A stretch of DNA of 64,000 nucleotides from Escherichia coli. GTDB taxonomy: Bacteria > Pseudomonadota > Gammaproteobacteria > Enterobacterales > Enterobacteriaceae. Shown piece by piece: positions 9,140 through 19,344 of this stretch; the stretch's first letter is position 1, and each line of letters begins with the position of its first letter. The notes under the pieces are model-generated. The model was not told the origin of the DNA and ran no database searches. It saw only the letters and a program-made list of their open reading frames with translations. Made by a program: the position numbers and the translations under genes. Where the stretch lies: the NCBI RefSeq assembly GCF_046105845.1, contig NZ_CP151004.1; one strand, 5' to 3'.

Positions 9140-9772
9140 ATACTTGACAATGTACCTATGAGATACATAATGTATCCAAAAGAAACATGAGGCAGGCAAG
9201 ATTCAAACAAAATTTGGTTGTAACACGGCGTATGGCACATGCGTCGTTAGCGGTCTGGGGACGTTAAAGGGGACAATCCACTCCTTGCTAGGGCAAACAA
9301 ACCAGGTAGCCGGAATGTGCAAGTCAATGATGATGCTGATAAGACGCCTAACCAGCGTGGCGATCCGGTTTGACGCCTGGGAAGAGACCAGGGTGCAACG
9401 ATGAGGGCATTTATGGAGCCGCGACAAAGTGTGGTGCCGTAACTGGCTAAGTGCTCTCAGCGTTGTGGTCATCCGCGAAATGGCGCGGCGGTAAGTATGG
9501 CTGGGTTACTCTTTCCCCGTTGAGGACACCGGATTGTCAGGTTGACCATACGCCTGAGTGACAACCCCACCACAACAGCCACTGCTTTGGCGGTACCAGT
9601 TTGTACACTTGCTTCCGGCTGGTACCGCTCTTTTTACAAAACAGAGAAGAGCATCACCGGACGACGGGCTCATAACCCAATCCATCCGGGCGGCTGCCAC
9701 CGCAGGTGTTCTTCTCTGTTTTGTGGAGAAACCAACCGACCTTGCAGGGTCGATATGATGAGGAGCAGCAAA

Positions 9773-10135
9773 ATGGCTAGCGAACGCAGTACTGATGTGC
9801 AGGCATTTATCGGGGAGCTGGACGGCGGCGTATTTGAAACCAAAATCGGCGCAGTTCTCAGTGAAGTCGCTTCCGGTGTGATGAACACGAAAACCAAAGG
9901 TAAGGTCTCACTCAACCTGGAAATCGAACCATTTGATGAGAACCGTGTGAAAATCAAACACAAACTCTCATATGTTCGCCCGACTAACCGCGGGAAAATT
10001 TCCGAAGAAGACACCACCGAAACGCCGATGTATGTCAATCGCGGTGGTCGCCTGACTATTCTGCAGGAAGACCAGGGACAATTACTGACTCTTGCCGGTG
10101 AACCTGACGGAAAACTACGCGCAGCAGGTCATTAA
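9773..10135 (+). CDS. Hypothetical prophage protein (YfdP-like)
   Basis: 120 aa from ATG 9773 with GAGGAG RBS (MASERSTDVQAFIGELDGG...). Confidence 0.55.
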   Translation: MASERSTDVQAFIGELDGGVFETKIGAVLSEVASGVMNTKTKGKVSLNLEIEPFDENRVKIKHKLSYVRPTNRGKISEEDTTETPMYVNRGGRLTILQEDQGQLLTLAGEPDGKLRAAGH

Positions 10136-10200
10136 TATCGTTCTTAATTAACTGATTATTTATCTCATCACTGAATATCTTTATATAGTGAGGACTTATT

Positions 10201-11025
10201 ATGTCTCAGAACTTAGACGCAACCGCAATTAATCAAATCCATGCCCTTATTTCTGCTCAGGGTGTTAATGAAATTATCAGTAAGATTGGTGCCGATGCTG
10301 TGGTATTGCCTGAGAATTTCCGCATTCATGATCTGGAAAAATTTAATTTAAATCGCTTCCGTTTCCGTGGTGCGCTTTCCACTGCCAGCATCGATGACTT
10401 TACCCGTTATTCTAAAGATCTTGCAGATGAAGGCACCCGCTGCTTTATCGATGCTGATAATATGCGTGCCGTCAGTGTACTTAACCTGGGTACTATTGAT
10501 GAACCAGGTCACGCAGATAACACCGCCACTCTCAAACTGAAAAAGACAGCACCGTTCTCTGCCCTGTTGTCTGTTAACGGCGAGCGTAACTCCCAGAAGT
10601 CACTGGCAGAATGGATTGAAGACTGGGCCGACTACCTTGTGGGCTTTGATGCTAATGGTGACGCTATTCAGGCAACAAAAGCGGCTGCGGCAGTCCGTAA
10701 AATCACGATTGAAGCAAACCAGACCGCTGATTTTGAAGATAATGACTTCAGCGGCAAACGCTCCCTGATGGAATCTGTCGAAGCGAAGACCAAAGACATT
10801 ATGCCAGTGGCATTTGAAATTAAATGCGTTCCGTTTGAAGGTCTGAAAGAACGTCCGTTTAAATTACGCCTCAGCATTATCACTGGCGATCGTCCTGTAC
10901 TGGTTCTGCGCATTATTCAGCTGGAAGCGGTGCAGGAAGATATGGCTAACGAATTTCGTGATCTGCTTGTTGAGAAATTCAAAGACAGCAAAGTAGAAAC
11001 CTTTATTGGTACTTTCACCGCCTGA
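10201..11025 (+). CDS. yfdQ: YfdQ-like prophage protein
   Basis: 274 aa [24 protein letters not shown]...; matches my recollection of K-12 CPS-53 YfdQ. Confidence 0.75.
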   Translation: MSQNLDATAINQIHALISAQGVNEIISKIGADAVVLPENFRIHDLEKFNLNRFRFRGALSTASIDDFTRYSKDLADEGTRCFIDADNMRAVSVLNLGTIDEPGHADNTATLKLKKTAPFSALLSVNGERNSQKSLAEWIEDWADYLVGFDANGDAIQATKAAAAVRKITIEANQTADFEDNDFSGKRSLMESVEAKTKDIMPVAFEIKCVPFEGLKERPFKLRLSIITGDRPVLVLRIIQLEAVQEDMANEFRDLLVEKFKDSKVETFIGTFTA

Positions 11026-11152
11026 TTTCATTACTGCAAATGCCCCTGCGGGGGCATTTATGGAAACGTAATTAACTCAATAATCACCGGATGGTGAGGG
11101 CTTCCTTTTACCCAAACTCAGCGCGGTGCAGCGCATATACGTGGAGAACAAA

Positions 11153-11689
11153 ATGTCATTTATTAAAACTTTTTCCGGGAAGCATTTTTATTATGACAAG
11201 ATAAATAAAGACGACATCGTGATTAACGATATCGCGGTTTCCCTTTCAAATATCTGCCGCTTTGCCGGTCATCTTTCTCACTTCTACAGTGTCGCCCAAC
11301 ATGCGGTGCTTTGCAGCCAGCTGGTGCCGCAGGAATTTGCTTTTGAAGCGTTAATGCATGATGCAACAGAAGCGTATTGCCAGGATATTCCCGCTCCACT
11401 GAAACGCCTTCTTCCTGACTATAAACGGATGGAAGAAAAAATTGACGCCGTAATCCGTGAGAAATACGGGTTACCCCCAGTTATGAGTACGCCCGTGAAA
11501 TATGCCGATCTTATCATGCTGGCAACCGAACGCCGCGATCTCGGGCTTGATGATGGCTCTTTCTGGCCTGTACTGGAAGGCATCCCGGCAACAGAGATGT
11601 TCAACGTGATTCCACTGGCACCTAGCCATGCCTACGGGATGTTTATGGAACGTTTTAACGAGTTATCGGAGTTACGCAAATGCGCATGA
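11153..11689 (+). CDS. yfdR: YfdR-like HD-domain phosphohydrolase
   Basis: 178 aa from internal ATG (MSFIKTFSGKHFYYD...); HD motif region ...HFYSVAQHAVLCSQL... Confidence 0.75.
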   Translation: MSFIKTFSGKHFYYDKINKDDIVINDIAVSLSNICRFAGHLSHFYSVAQHAVLCSQLVPQEFAFEALMHDATEAYCQDIPAPLKRLLPDYKRMEEKIDAVIREKYGLPPVMSTPVKYADLIMLATERRDLGLDDGSFWPVLEGIPATEMFNVIPLAPSHAYGMFMERFNELSELRKCA

Positions 11690-12042
11690 ATGTTTTCGAA
11701 ATGGAAGGGTTTCTTCGCGGTAAATGTGTACCGCGAGATCTGAAAGTGAACGAAACAAATGCTGAGTACCTGGTACGTAAATTCGACGCGCTTGAAGCTA
11801 AATGTGCGGCACTGGAAAACAAAATAATACCAGTGTCAGCTGAACTGCCACCAGCAAATGAAAGTGTTCTGTTATTTGATGCTAACGGAGAAGGCTGGCT
11901 GATTGGCTGGCGTTCTCTCTGGTACACCTGGGGACAAAAAGAAACCGGAGAATGGCAGTGGACATTTCAGGTCGGGGACCTTGAAAACTTCAATATCACT
12001 CACTGGGCAGTAATGCCAAAAGCGCCGGAGGCTGGAGCATAA
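11680..12042 (+). CDS. yfdS: YfdS-like prophage protein
   Basis: 120-aa ORF overlapping yfdR end. Confidence 0.65.
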   Translation: MRMNVFEMEGFLRGKCVPRDLKVNETNAEYLVRKFDALEAKCAALENKIIPVSAELPPANESVLLFDANGEGWLIGWRSLWYTWGQKETGEWQWTFQVGDLENFNITHWAVMPKAPEAGA

Positions 12043-12662
12043 TGACCACATTTACCAATAAAGAACTGATTAAAGAAATCAAAGAACGAATCAGCAGCCT
12101 AGAGGTTCGAGACGATATTGAGCGCCGTGCTTATGAAATTGCTCTGGCATCGCTAGAAGAGGAGCCGGTGGCATGGCTGCATTCAGAAAATGGCTTAGGT
12201 ATTCCGGCAATAACGAGGAGTAAAAACATTGCTGACAGTTGGTTATCAAAGGGCTGGTATGTTCAGCCGCTATATATAGCCAAGCCAGTGCCGGTGGTGC
12301 CAGATGCTCGTCCGTCTTTAAATAATGGCATAGTCGGCTTTGATGAAGGCTGGAACGCCTGCCGCGCCGCCATGCTTAATGGTGCCGAACCTGTAAGCCA
12401 GACTTACAAGTTGAACGAGCTGTCGGGCAACTCTCCGGTAACTCCGGATGGTTGGATAAGCTGTAGTGAGCGAATGCCGAACGATAAACAGTATGTTTGG
12501 TGTTGGGGTAAGTCTTACGGCTGGACTGAGTACGATACCTTCGAAGGGTATTACGATTGTTCGAGAAACAAATGGTGGGCAGTTACTGACAATGGGGAAG
12601 AACCGGCATCGAAAGTAACCCACTGGATGCCGCTACCGGAGCCGCCGCAGGAGGTGAAGTAA
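12042..12662 (+). CDS. YfdT-like prophage protein
   Basis: 206-aa ORF, contiguous with yfdS-like gene. Confidence 0.65.
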   Translation: MTTFTNKELIKEIKERISSLEVRDDIERRAYEIALASLEEEPVAWLHSENGLGIPAITRSKNIADSWLSKGWYVQPLYIAKPVPVVPDARPSLNNGIVGFDEGWNACRAAMLNGAEPVSQTYKLNELSGNSPVTPDGWISCSERMPNDKQYVWCWGKSYGWTEYDTFEGYYDCSRNKWWAVTDNGEEPASKVTHWMPLPEPPQEVK

Positions 12663-12856
12663 TGAACAACTTAATGACAACTAAACAAGTCGCCGATTTC
12701 TGTGGTGTTTCAGTATCGACAGTTCTTCGCTGGAACAGCGTAAACAGGAGAACTGGCCAGAAATACAGGCCTGACTTTCCAGATCCTGATATTAAATCCT
12801 GCCCAAATAAATGGGCATCACACAAGATTTACAGATTTGCGGGAGTGATTGATTAA
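12662..12856 (+). CDS. AlpA/excisionase-family small DNA-binding protein
   Basis: 64 aa; TKQVADFCGVSVSTVLRW helix-turn-helix; located next to integrase module. Confidence 0.7.
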   Translation: MNNLMTTKQVADFCGVSVSTVLRWNSVNRRTGQKYRPDFPDPDIKSCPNKWASHKIYRFAGVID

Positions 12857-13138
12857 TATGTATTAGCTTAGATGTGAGCTGACACATCTATGATTAGATG
12901 CCAAACCAAATCTGAGCGTCCACTCTTTAACAAGAGCGGACGTTACCAATGACCATATGACATGAATCGATAAGATCAAAACATTATCGCCAAGAAATGT
13001 CATACCATTGATACAAATAAAATTGATTACCCCCTTACTCTTGTTGAAAAGTTAGTCGTAGAGTACCTATCGCAATGTAATCAGCTTTAATCATCTGAAA
13101 ATTACTCCTTAAAAATTAGCTTTTATATACTGAACAAA

Positions 13139-13858
13139 TTAAATCTCTGTTTCTTTTCCTGTTCGGCTCAACCAATACTCCATTGTTTGAGTATGAATCT
13201 TTTCAGCGTATATTTTATCAATTAATTTATCTCGTTTTTCTTTAATGACTTTACGCAGTGAATCATATAACATAAAAAAACGTTCATCATCTTCCTCATT
13301 ATTACCATAATTTATTTGATTGAGTTCTGAAAAAATATGATAGCACCTTTTTTTCTTGGTCCCCGGCAATATTAAAACCAAGCCACATTGATCATATTCA
13401 AATTCACCTTTATGGGCAGCAAAGTTATGTCTAACATTCATAATAGAATCATGTAAATCTCTGTATTTTTCTGGCACATGCTTTCTCTGCAATGTGAATC
13501 GACGCCCTTTCGCCTCTGTAAAACACTTACCGTAAGTAACAACTTTTGATATAAATAAAGACTTTAATATTAGATTCTTTTCTAAATCAGGATAAATAAA
13601 GTGTTGTTCTCTATTAATGTTATTACAAATGTTTTTTATTATATTCTCCCAACCAATAACATTCCGAAGATCTTTATCCAGCAACTGTAAGGCCACATAT
13701 TGTTCTACAAAGCGGCCTTTTAAAGGTATTCGTGGTAATATTACACCTTTCTGCTTATAAACTCTTTCTATCGTATTATCTGGATATTGGATCTTCCTTA
13801 TTTCTATTCCGTCTTCTTCTGATACCCTTACTAATGGTTCATTTTTTAACTTTGACAT
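13139..13858 (-). CDS. Hypothetical AT-rich prophage cargo (moron) protein
   Basis: 239-aa ORF in low-GC segment between excisionase and integrase; no confident motif. Confidence 0.7.
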   Translation of the reverse strand: MSKLKNEPLVRVSEEDGIEIRKIQYPDNTIERVYKQKGVILPRIPLKGRFVEQYVALQLLDKDLRNVIGWENIIKNICNNINREQHFIYPDLEKNLILKSLFISKVVTYGKCFTEAKGRRFTLQRKHVPEKYRDLHDSIMNVRHNFAAHKGEFEYDQCGLVLILPGTKKKRCYHIFSELNQINYGNNEEDDERFFMLYDSLRKVIKEKRDKLIDKIYAEKIHTQTMEYWLSRTGKETEI

Positions 13859-14143
13859 GTTAACCCTCTTAAATAAAAAACTAACTTTATCCAGATAGTG
13901 TCCGTTAAGAAGTTTTCGTTACAACTAAGTTTCTAGGTAAATCATGAATCAACCTATAGTATCAAAAACATTTGGTGGTAAACATCTGCATTTATCAAAT
14001 AGCAGGAGCGATTTAGGGGCATAGGGATAGTGATGATATCTATACCCGTGCCCTCTTATGTCAACACAATGGCGTAAACTTAACGCTCACATCTCGCTCA
14101 AAGTGTGCTAGGAGATTTGGTTATGTTCAGGTGATACAAACCG

Positions 14144-15367
14144 TCAGTTTGAATCAGAGATAGTACAATTAACAATCGATTCAACCCTCTTCCACCATGC
14201 CAGGTAAGCTTTACGCTGTTCTTCTAGATAATCGCTCTTATCATAAACTTGCCATACCCCTGGCAGCTTATGACCAAGCATAATTTCTGCGATATGAGGC
14301 GCAGTAAGATCAGAAAAATTTGTTCGTGCTGTCCGTCTCAAGTCATGAAGAGACCAATGAGGGAATTGATATCCTAAACGCCGCCACGCGTACTGCATTA
14401 AATTGTAAGGCAGCGACTGTAATGATGTCCTACCGACTGGCTCCCTGCTTCCTTCCTTAGTAAAAAGCATATCGGAACCGTTGTTCATAGAGATAACGTA
14501 TTTTATAAGCTCTTCAACCGGTTCAATAATGGGCCGCTTTAGCGGTTCGCCTGTTATGTCCCCTGTCTTATGTCGTTCAGGTGGTACAGTCCATACCTTA
14601 TTTATGAAATCAAAATCACCCACCCTAGCAGTAATTAGCTCCGAACTACGGCAACCAAAATGCAGTAATAGTTTAATGAAGGCCCGGTATTTGGGAACCA
14701 TTCTAGAGCCATCGATCGCAGCATAAAGAATTTTAATTTCATCGTGTGTCAGAAACCGTTTCTTCTGACCTTTACGGATATCCATATCTTTACCCGTGAT
14801 ATCCGACAGCGGGCGAGTTTCAATAAGCTTTCTCTTATACGCCCAGACATGGGCCTGCTTTGCGTTAATTAGCAATCGGTCTGCTATTGCTGGAGTCTTA
14901 GTGCTAAGAGGCTCCAGGACTTCTAACCAATCATGCAATGTAGCTGCATCGTGAGGGATATTCCCGATTTTAGAGAACAGGTGCAGCTCAAACGAGCGGA
15001 GTATCTGTTCAGAACCCTTTTTATTTTTTACACAATATGCTTCATACCAGGCACGGATCACAGACTCTACCGTCATGGCTTCAGTAGCTTTTCGTTTTTC
15101 AGCCTGCTTGACCAATCGTGGATTACGGTTTGACTCGAGTTCACCACGGAGACGGATAACTTCTTCTCTGGCCTCTTTTAATCCAGTTGCCGGGTAAGTT
15201 CCGATATCAAGACGCTCACCTTTCCCTGCCCATTGATAACGATATTGAAACACTACGCGACCTTTCGGTGATACTCTGACAGACAGACCATCACGATCGG
15301 ATTTAACCAAAACCTTATCACGTTCCTTTCCAACGACTGAACGCAACCACGCATCAGACAGCGCCAT
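14144..15367 (-). CDS. Tyrosine-type phage integrase
   Basis: 407 aa; C-terminal catalytic region ...HDLRRTARTNFSDL...GHKLPGVWQVY... typical of tyrosine recombinases. Confidence 0.9.
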   Translation of the reverse strand: MALSDAWLRSVVGKERDKVLVKSDRDGLSVRVSPKGRVVFQYRYQWAGKGERLDIGTYPATGLKEAREEVIRLRGELESNRNPRLVKQAEKRKATEAMTVESVIRAWYEAYCVKNKKGSEQILRSFELHLFSKIGNIPHDAATLHDWLEVLEPLSTKTPAIADRLLINAKQAHVWAYKRKLIETRPLSDITGKDMDIRKGQKKRFLTHDEIKILYAAIDGSRMVPKYRAFIKLLLHFGCRSSELITARVGDFDFINKVWTVPPERHKTGDITGEPLKRPIIEPVEELIKYVISMNNGSDMLFTKEGSREPVGRTSLQSLPYNLMQYAWRRLGYQFPHWSLHDLRRTARTNFSDLTAPHIAEIMLGHKLPGVWQVYDKSDYLEEQRKAYLAWWKRVESIVNCTISDSN

Positions 15368-15587
15368 TACTCACCTTGTACAAATCGCAAAACACCTCTG
15401 CTGCTTTGTACATTATGTACAAGCATATGTACAGATTTTTGATGAAAGCAACCTGATCGATTTAAAGTTACATGAAAGAATTTTCAATTAAAGAAGCCAC
15501 ATAACTATATGTATTTAAATGAGTTATATAACCAGACCTCAATTAACTGAAAGGATTTTGAAAGAGTAAAAGAGCTTTAATTTGGGA

Positions 15588-15662
15588 TTAATTATTGGGG
15601 TGAGAAATAATGGCAAAAGTGCGGCGCTTCGCCACCTCTTGCAAATAAGGAGACAACGTCAT
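15588..15662 (-). pseudogene. prfC: prfC 5' fragment (first 22 codons) truncated at prophage junction
   Basis: Minus-strand translation [22 protein letters not shown] then NN-stop; matches RF3 N-terminus, diverges just before the GTPase P-loop. Confidence 0.75.
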
Positions 15663-15752
15663 AATTCTTTCTTCTTGAGTAAGCGGCATCGCGCCGCGCT
15701 TGTTGAAAACGAAAAATTGCGGCTATTTTACCCATCAACGGGGGGGAGGCAA

Positions 15753-16430
15753 TCAGTGTTTACACAGGAGCTGCTCCAGTTCGTGCAACGAAGAAACTGT
15801 CCAGGTGGGCGCGATGCCTTCTGGTTGCTCGCGATTGTGCGCATTCAGCCAGCAGGTCGCAAGCCCGGCGTTGATGCCACCGAGAATATCGGACTCGGCA
15901 GTGTCGCCAACCATCAGCACGCGTGAACGGTCAGGATTGCCCGCCTGTTCCAGCGCATAATCGAAAATTTTCTTATTCGGTTTGGCAACGCCAACTTCTT
16001 CGGAAATCACCAGCAAATCGAAATAATCACGCAGGCCCGTGCGTTCCAGACGCACTTGCTGCAAAGCGCTAAAGCCGTTGGTGATGATGCCAATTTTAGC
16101 ATTGCCACGAATGGCGTTAAGCAGAGAAACCGCGCCCGGCAGCGGCGTACAGATTTCCGCCATCGCATTAATAAAGGCTTCGTTGAGTTTACCCGGCTCG
16201 ACGTTCAGCCGTTCGGCCCAGCTCTCAAACCGCCCGTGCTGAAGCTGTAATGAAGTGATCGCGCCGTTTTGATAATCCACCCACAGTGGCTTGTTAACGG
16301 CCTGATAGTCCTGAAAATCTTCAGCGGTAAAGGTGACGCTGTAATCAAGAAACATCCGCTGCAGGCCGGTGAATGAGTCAAAGGTAAACAGCGTTTCATC
16401 GGCATCAAAGAAAATCCAGTCCCACTTCAT
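15753..16430 (-). CDS. yjjG: Pyrimidine 5'-nucleotidase YjjG (HAD family)
   Basis: 225 aa [18 protein letters not shown]...; HAD motif DxDxT. Confidence 0.95.
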   Translation of the reverse strand: MKWDWIFFDADETLFTFDSFTGLQRMFLDYSVTFTAEDFQDYQAVNKPLWVDYQNGAITSLQLQHGRFESWAERLNVEPGKLNEAFINAMAEICTPLPGAVSLLNAIRGNAKIGIITNGFSALQQVRLERTGLRDYFDLLVISEEVGVAKPNKKIFDYALEQAGNPDRSRVLMVGDTAESDILGGINAGLATCWLNAHNREQPEGIAPTWTVSSLHELEQLLCKH

Positions 16431-16444
16431 TATTCCACCTTGTC

Positions 16445-16891
16445 TTACATACTGATTGGCAACGCCATGATGATGGCGTCTTCGCGACCGTCCGTGGTGG
16501 GGTAGTAATTGCGGCGAATCGTCGCCTCGTTAAAGCCTAAACTTTCGTACAGTGCAATGGCGGCAGCGTTTGAGGCACGGACTTCCAGCCATAGCGTCGC
16601 CACGCCGCGTTTTTCCAGTTCGTCGATCAGATGTTCCAGCAGCGCCCTTCCCAATCCCTGACGCTGATAGTCAGGATCGACCGCAATATTGAACAATGTA
16701 GCTTCATCCAGCACCACTTGCGTAATCGCAAACGCCGCCATTTTGCCGTTTTGCGTTAACTGAAAGTTGAGATAACGCTCGCCCTGGTTGCTGGCAAAGG
16801 TTTTTTCACTCCACGGAAAGGCGTGGGCGCGTTGTTCAATGTGGTAAGCCGCTGGTAAATCAGTCGTTTCGAGGGAAGAAATCGTGTTCAT
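16445..16891 (-). CDS. rimI: Ribosomal protein S18 alanine N-acetyltransferase
   Basis: 148 aa GNAT acetyltransferase; conserved synteny holD-rimI-yjjG. Confidence 0.95.
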   Translation of the reverse strand: MNTISSLETTDLPAAYHIEQRAHAFPWSEKTFASNQGERYLNFQLTQNGKMAAFAITQVVLDEATLFNIAVDPDYQRQGLGRALLEHLIDELEKRGVATLWLEVRASNAAAIALYESLGFNEATIRRNYYPTTDGREDAIIMALPISM

Positions 16892-17273
16892 ATGTGCAAA
16901 TTTGTTGCCATAACGCGGCGCGTGCCGTTGGGTTTGCCCGTAATTCGGTGAGCGCCGGTGATGCCACCTGAGCGCCTTCCAGTGATAGCGGTTCGTCAGT
17001 ACCCAACCGCCAGCTGTTGCAGCGACTGCCTTGCGGCAGCATCGCGATTTTTTCTGGCGTCAGTTGCAGCACTTGATCGGGGCTGACGGTTAATGCGCGC
17101 AGAACATCGCTCACTAAAGGATCAGTCAGGGCGGGAAGATCGTTTGCCACCATCACCAGACGGACGTGTGCCGGGATCGCAATGGCAATCTCCCCCTGCA
17201 ACGCGCCAGGGCGACGCAGCGACCACTGGGTAATGCCCAGTTGCTGTAACTGCCAGTCTCGTCGGGATGTCAT
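16860..17273 (-). CDS. holD: DNA polymerase III psi subunit
   Basis: 137 aa MTSRRDWQLQQLGITQW... Confidence 0.95.
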   Translation of the reverse strand: MTSRRDWQLQQLGITQWSLRRPGALQGEIAIAIPAHVRLVMVANDLPALTDPLVSDVLRALTVSPDQVLQLTPEKIAMLPQGSRCNSWRLGTDEPLSLEGAQVASPALTELRANPTARAALWQQICTYEHDFFPRND

Positions 17274-17375
17274 AGCGAATCGCTCCTGTTGTCAGGGGCG
17301 CAAATATAGCAAATTCGTCGATACCGCGCCAACATATGGCTATAATCGCCGCCAGTATCAATTGAGGAGCATTCC

Positions 17376-18407
17376 ATGTCTGCATTTACCCCGGCAAGTG
17401 AAGTCTTGCTGCGTCACAGTGATGATTTCGAACAAAGCCGTATTCTTTTTGCCGGAGACTTACAGGATGACCTGCCCGCGCGTTTAGATACCGCGGCCAG
17501 CCGTGCTCATACCCAGCAATTCCACCATTGGCAGGTGTTAAGCCGCCAGATGGGGGATAACGCCCGTTTTAGTCTGGTCGCCACGGCGAATGATGTCGCA
17601 GATTGCGATACGTTGATTTACTACTGGCCGAAGAACAAACCGGAAGCCCAGTTCCAGTTGATGAATTTACTTTCTCTGCTGCCGGTGGGCACGGATATTT
17701 TTGTCGTTGGCGAGAACCGCAGCGGCGTGCGCAGCGCCGAACAGATGCTGGCAGATTATGCGCCGTTGAATAAAGTCGACAGCGCCCGTCGCTGTGGCCT
17801 CTATTTTGGTCGTCTGGAAAAACAGCCGGTGTTTGATGCCGATAAATTCTGGGGCGAATACAGCGTCGATGGCCTGACGGTCAAAACGCTGCCGGGCGTG
17901 TTTAGCCGCGACGGTCTGGATGTCGGTAGCCAGTTGCTGCTCTCGACGTTAACTCCGCACACGAAAGGTAAAGTGCTGGATGTCGGCTGTGGCGCGGGCG
18001 TGCTTTCTGTTGCCTTTGCGCGCCATTCGCCGAAAATTCGTCTCACTCTGTGCGATGTCTCTGCGCCAGCGGTAGAAGCCAGCCGCGCAACACTTGCCGC
18101 CAACGGTGTTGAAGGTGAAGTCTTTGCCAGTAACGTCTTTTCCGAGGTGAAAGGTCGTTTTGATATGATCATCTCCAACCCGCCGTTCCACGATGGGATG
18201 CAAACCAGCCTCGATGCGGCGCAAACGCTGATTCGCGGCGCGGTGCGTCATCTTAATAGCGGCGGCGAGCTGCGAATTGTAGCGAACGCCTTCCTGCCTT
18301 ATCCGGACGTGCTGGATGAGACATTTGGCTTCCACGAAGTGATCGCGCAAACCGGGCGCTTCAAGGTGTATCGCGCCATTATGACCCGCCAGGCGAAGAA
18401 AGGTTAA
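17376..18407 (+). CDS. rsmC: 16S rRNA m2G1207 methyltransferase
   Basis: 343 aa; SAM-binding motif [11 protein letters not shown] and NPPFH catalytic motif. Confidence 0.95.
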   Translation: MSAFTPASEVLLRHSDDFEQSRILFAGDLQDDLPARLDTAASRAHTQQFHHWQVLSRQMGDNARFSLVATANDVADCDTLIYYWPKNKPEAQFQLMNLLSLLPVGTDIFVVGENRSGVRSAEQMLADYAPLNKVDSARRCGLYFGRLEKQPVFDADKFWGEYSVDGLTVKTLPGVFSRDGLDVGSQLLLSTLTPHTKGKVLDVGCGAGVLSVAFARHSPKIRLTLCDVSAPAVEASRATLAANGVEGEVFASNVFSEVKGRFDMIISNPPFHDGMQTSLDAAQTLIRGAVRHLNSGGELRIVANAFLPYPDVLDETFGFHEVIAQTGRFKVYRAIMTRQAKKG

Positions 18408-18423
18408 GTATCTGATATCTGTC

Positions 18424-18470
18424 GCCGCATACCGTGTCGGATGCGGCGTACACGCCTTCTCTGACCGACA
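18424..18470. repeat. REP-like palindromic element downstream of rsmC
   Basis: gccgcat...atgcggc and tgtcgg...ccgaca inverted repeats. Confidence 0.4.
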
Positions 18471-18606
18471 AACGAATTATCCACAATCCGCTGATGGACA
18501 TTTTTCCAGCAATTACACCTCCGGCGATAATTAACTATTGACGAAAAGCTGAAAACCACTAGAATGCGCCTCCGTGGTAGCAATTCTTTTTAAGAATTGA
18601 TGGTAT

Positions 18607-18693
18607 GCGAAGGTGGCGGAATTGGTAGACGCGCTAGCTTCAGGTGTTAGTGTCCTTACGGACGTGGGGGTTCAAGTCCCCCCCCTCGCACCA
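18607..18693 (+). tRNA. leuQ: tRNA-Leu (CAG)
   Basis: 87 nt GCGAAGGTGGCGGAATTGGTAGAC...CTTCAGGTG...CCTCGCACCA; anticodon loop CTTCAGGT (CAG); encoded CCA. Confidence 0.95.
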
Positions 18694-18721
18694 AAAACCA
18701 CGTTGATATTGCTCGCACTGG

Positions 18722-18808
18722 GCGAAGGTGGCGGAATTGGTAGACGCGCTAGCTTCAGGTGTTAGTGTTCTTACGGACGTGGGGGTTCAAGTCCCCCCCC
18801 TCGCACCA
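18722..18808 (+). tRNA. leuP: tRNA-Leu (CAG), one variable-arm substitution vs flanking copies
   Basis: 87 nt; identical to copy 1 except C-to-T at 18769. Confidence 0.95.
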
Positions 18809-18842
18809 AACGAGGCGATATCAAAAAAAGTAAGATGACTGT

Positions 18843-18929
18843 GCGAAGGTGGCGGAATTGGTAGACGCGCTAGCTTCAGGTGTTAGTGTCCTTACGGACG
18901 TGGGGGTTCAAGTCCCCCCCCTCGCACCA
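18843..18929 (+). tRNA. leuV: tRNA-Leu (CAG)
   Basis: 87 nt; identical to copy 1. Confidence 0.95.
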
Positions 18930-18967
18930 ATTATCTTTACTTCCTTTCTTGTTGCTTCCCTGTTTTA

Positions 18968-19204
18968 TCATCCCTGCTTCAAATTCATTATCATCAGCAT
19001 GATGCCAGCAATAAGCGCCAGGCACGATGGCAGCAAAACGTAATGCCGCAACTGTTTGTGATACAGCATCACCGGCGTCAATACTAATCCCATCAGAATG
19101 ATAATCCGCCATTGATCCGGCGATAAATCCGCATACATCAGCCCTGCAATCAGCAATCCCGGCAGCAACACTCCCCAGCCACTGCCCAGCGTACGTTGCA
19201 ACAT
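18968..19204 (-). CDS. yjjZ: Small membrane protein YjjZ
   Basis: 78 aa from internal ATG (MLQRTLGSGWGVLLPGLLIAG...); Fur-box-like sequence just upstream. Confidence 0.8.
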   Translation of the reverse strand: MLQRTLGSGWGVLLPGLLIAGLMYADLSPDQWRIIILMGLVLTPVMLYHKQLRHYVLLPSCLALIAGIMLMIMNLKQG

Positions 19205-19223
19205 GGTTTCATCTCTTTCATTG

Positions 19224-19242
19224 ATAATGATAACTAATATCA
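19224..19242. promoter_or_regulatory. Fur box candidate (yjjZ side)
   Basis: GATAATGATAACTAATATC, 15/19 match to GATAATGATAATCATTATC. Confidence 0.5.
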
Positions 19243-19304
19243 TATGATAATTTTTATCATTTGCAAGCCAGAGAAATCCCTTGCTATCGGGTAAACCTAT
19301 CGCT

Positions 19305-19327
19305 AGGATTAGCAATCATTATCATTT
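19305..19327. promoter_or_regulatory. Fur box candidate (fhuF promoter)
   Basis: ...GCAATCATTATCATT... 18 bp upstream of fhuF ATG. Confidence 0.5.
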
Positions 19328-19344
19328 AGATTACTATCCCGATT

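Noticed and set aside
9203-9472. 89-aa minus-strand ORF in the cI-yfdP spacer
   Set aside because: Opposite in orientation to the flanking operon, no RBS, Arg/Leu-rich composition; treated as non-coding.
15582-15926. 114-aa plus-strand ORF
   Set aside because: Overlaps the prfC 5' fragment and the 3' end of yjjG on the opposite strand; the opposite-strand reading matches known proteins.
18607-18929. Possible CRISPR-like or tandem repeat array
   Set aside because: The 115-121-bp periodic repeats are three tRNA-Leu genes with short spacers, not a CRISPR array; no CRISPR seen anywhere in the window.
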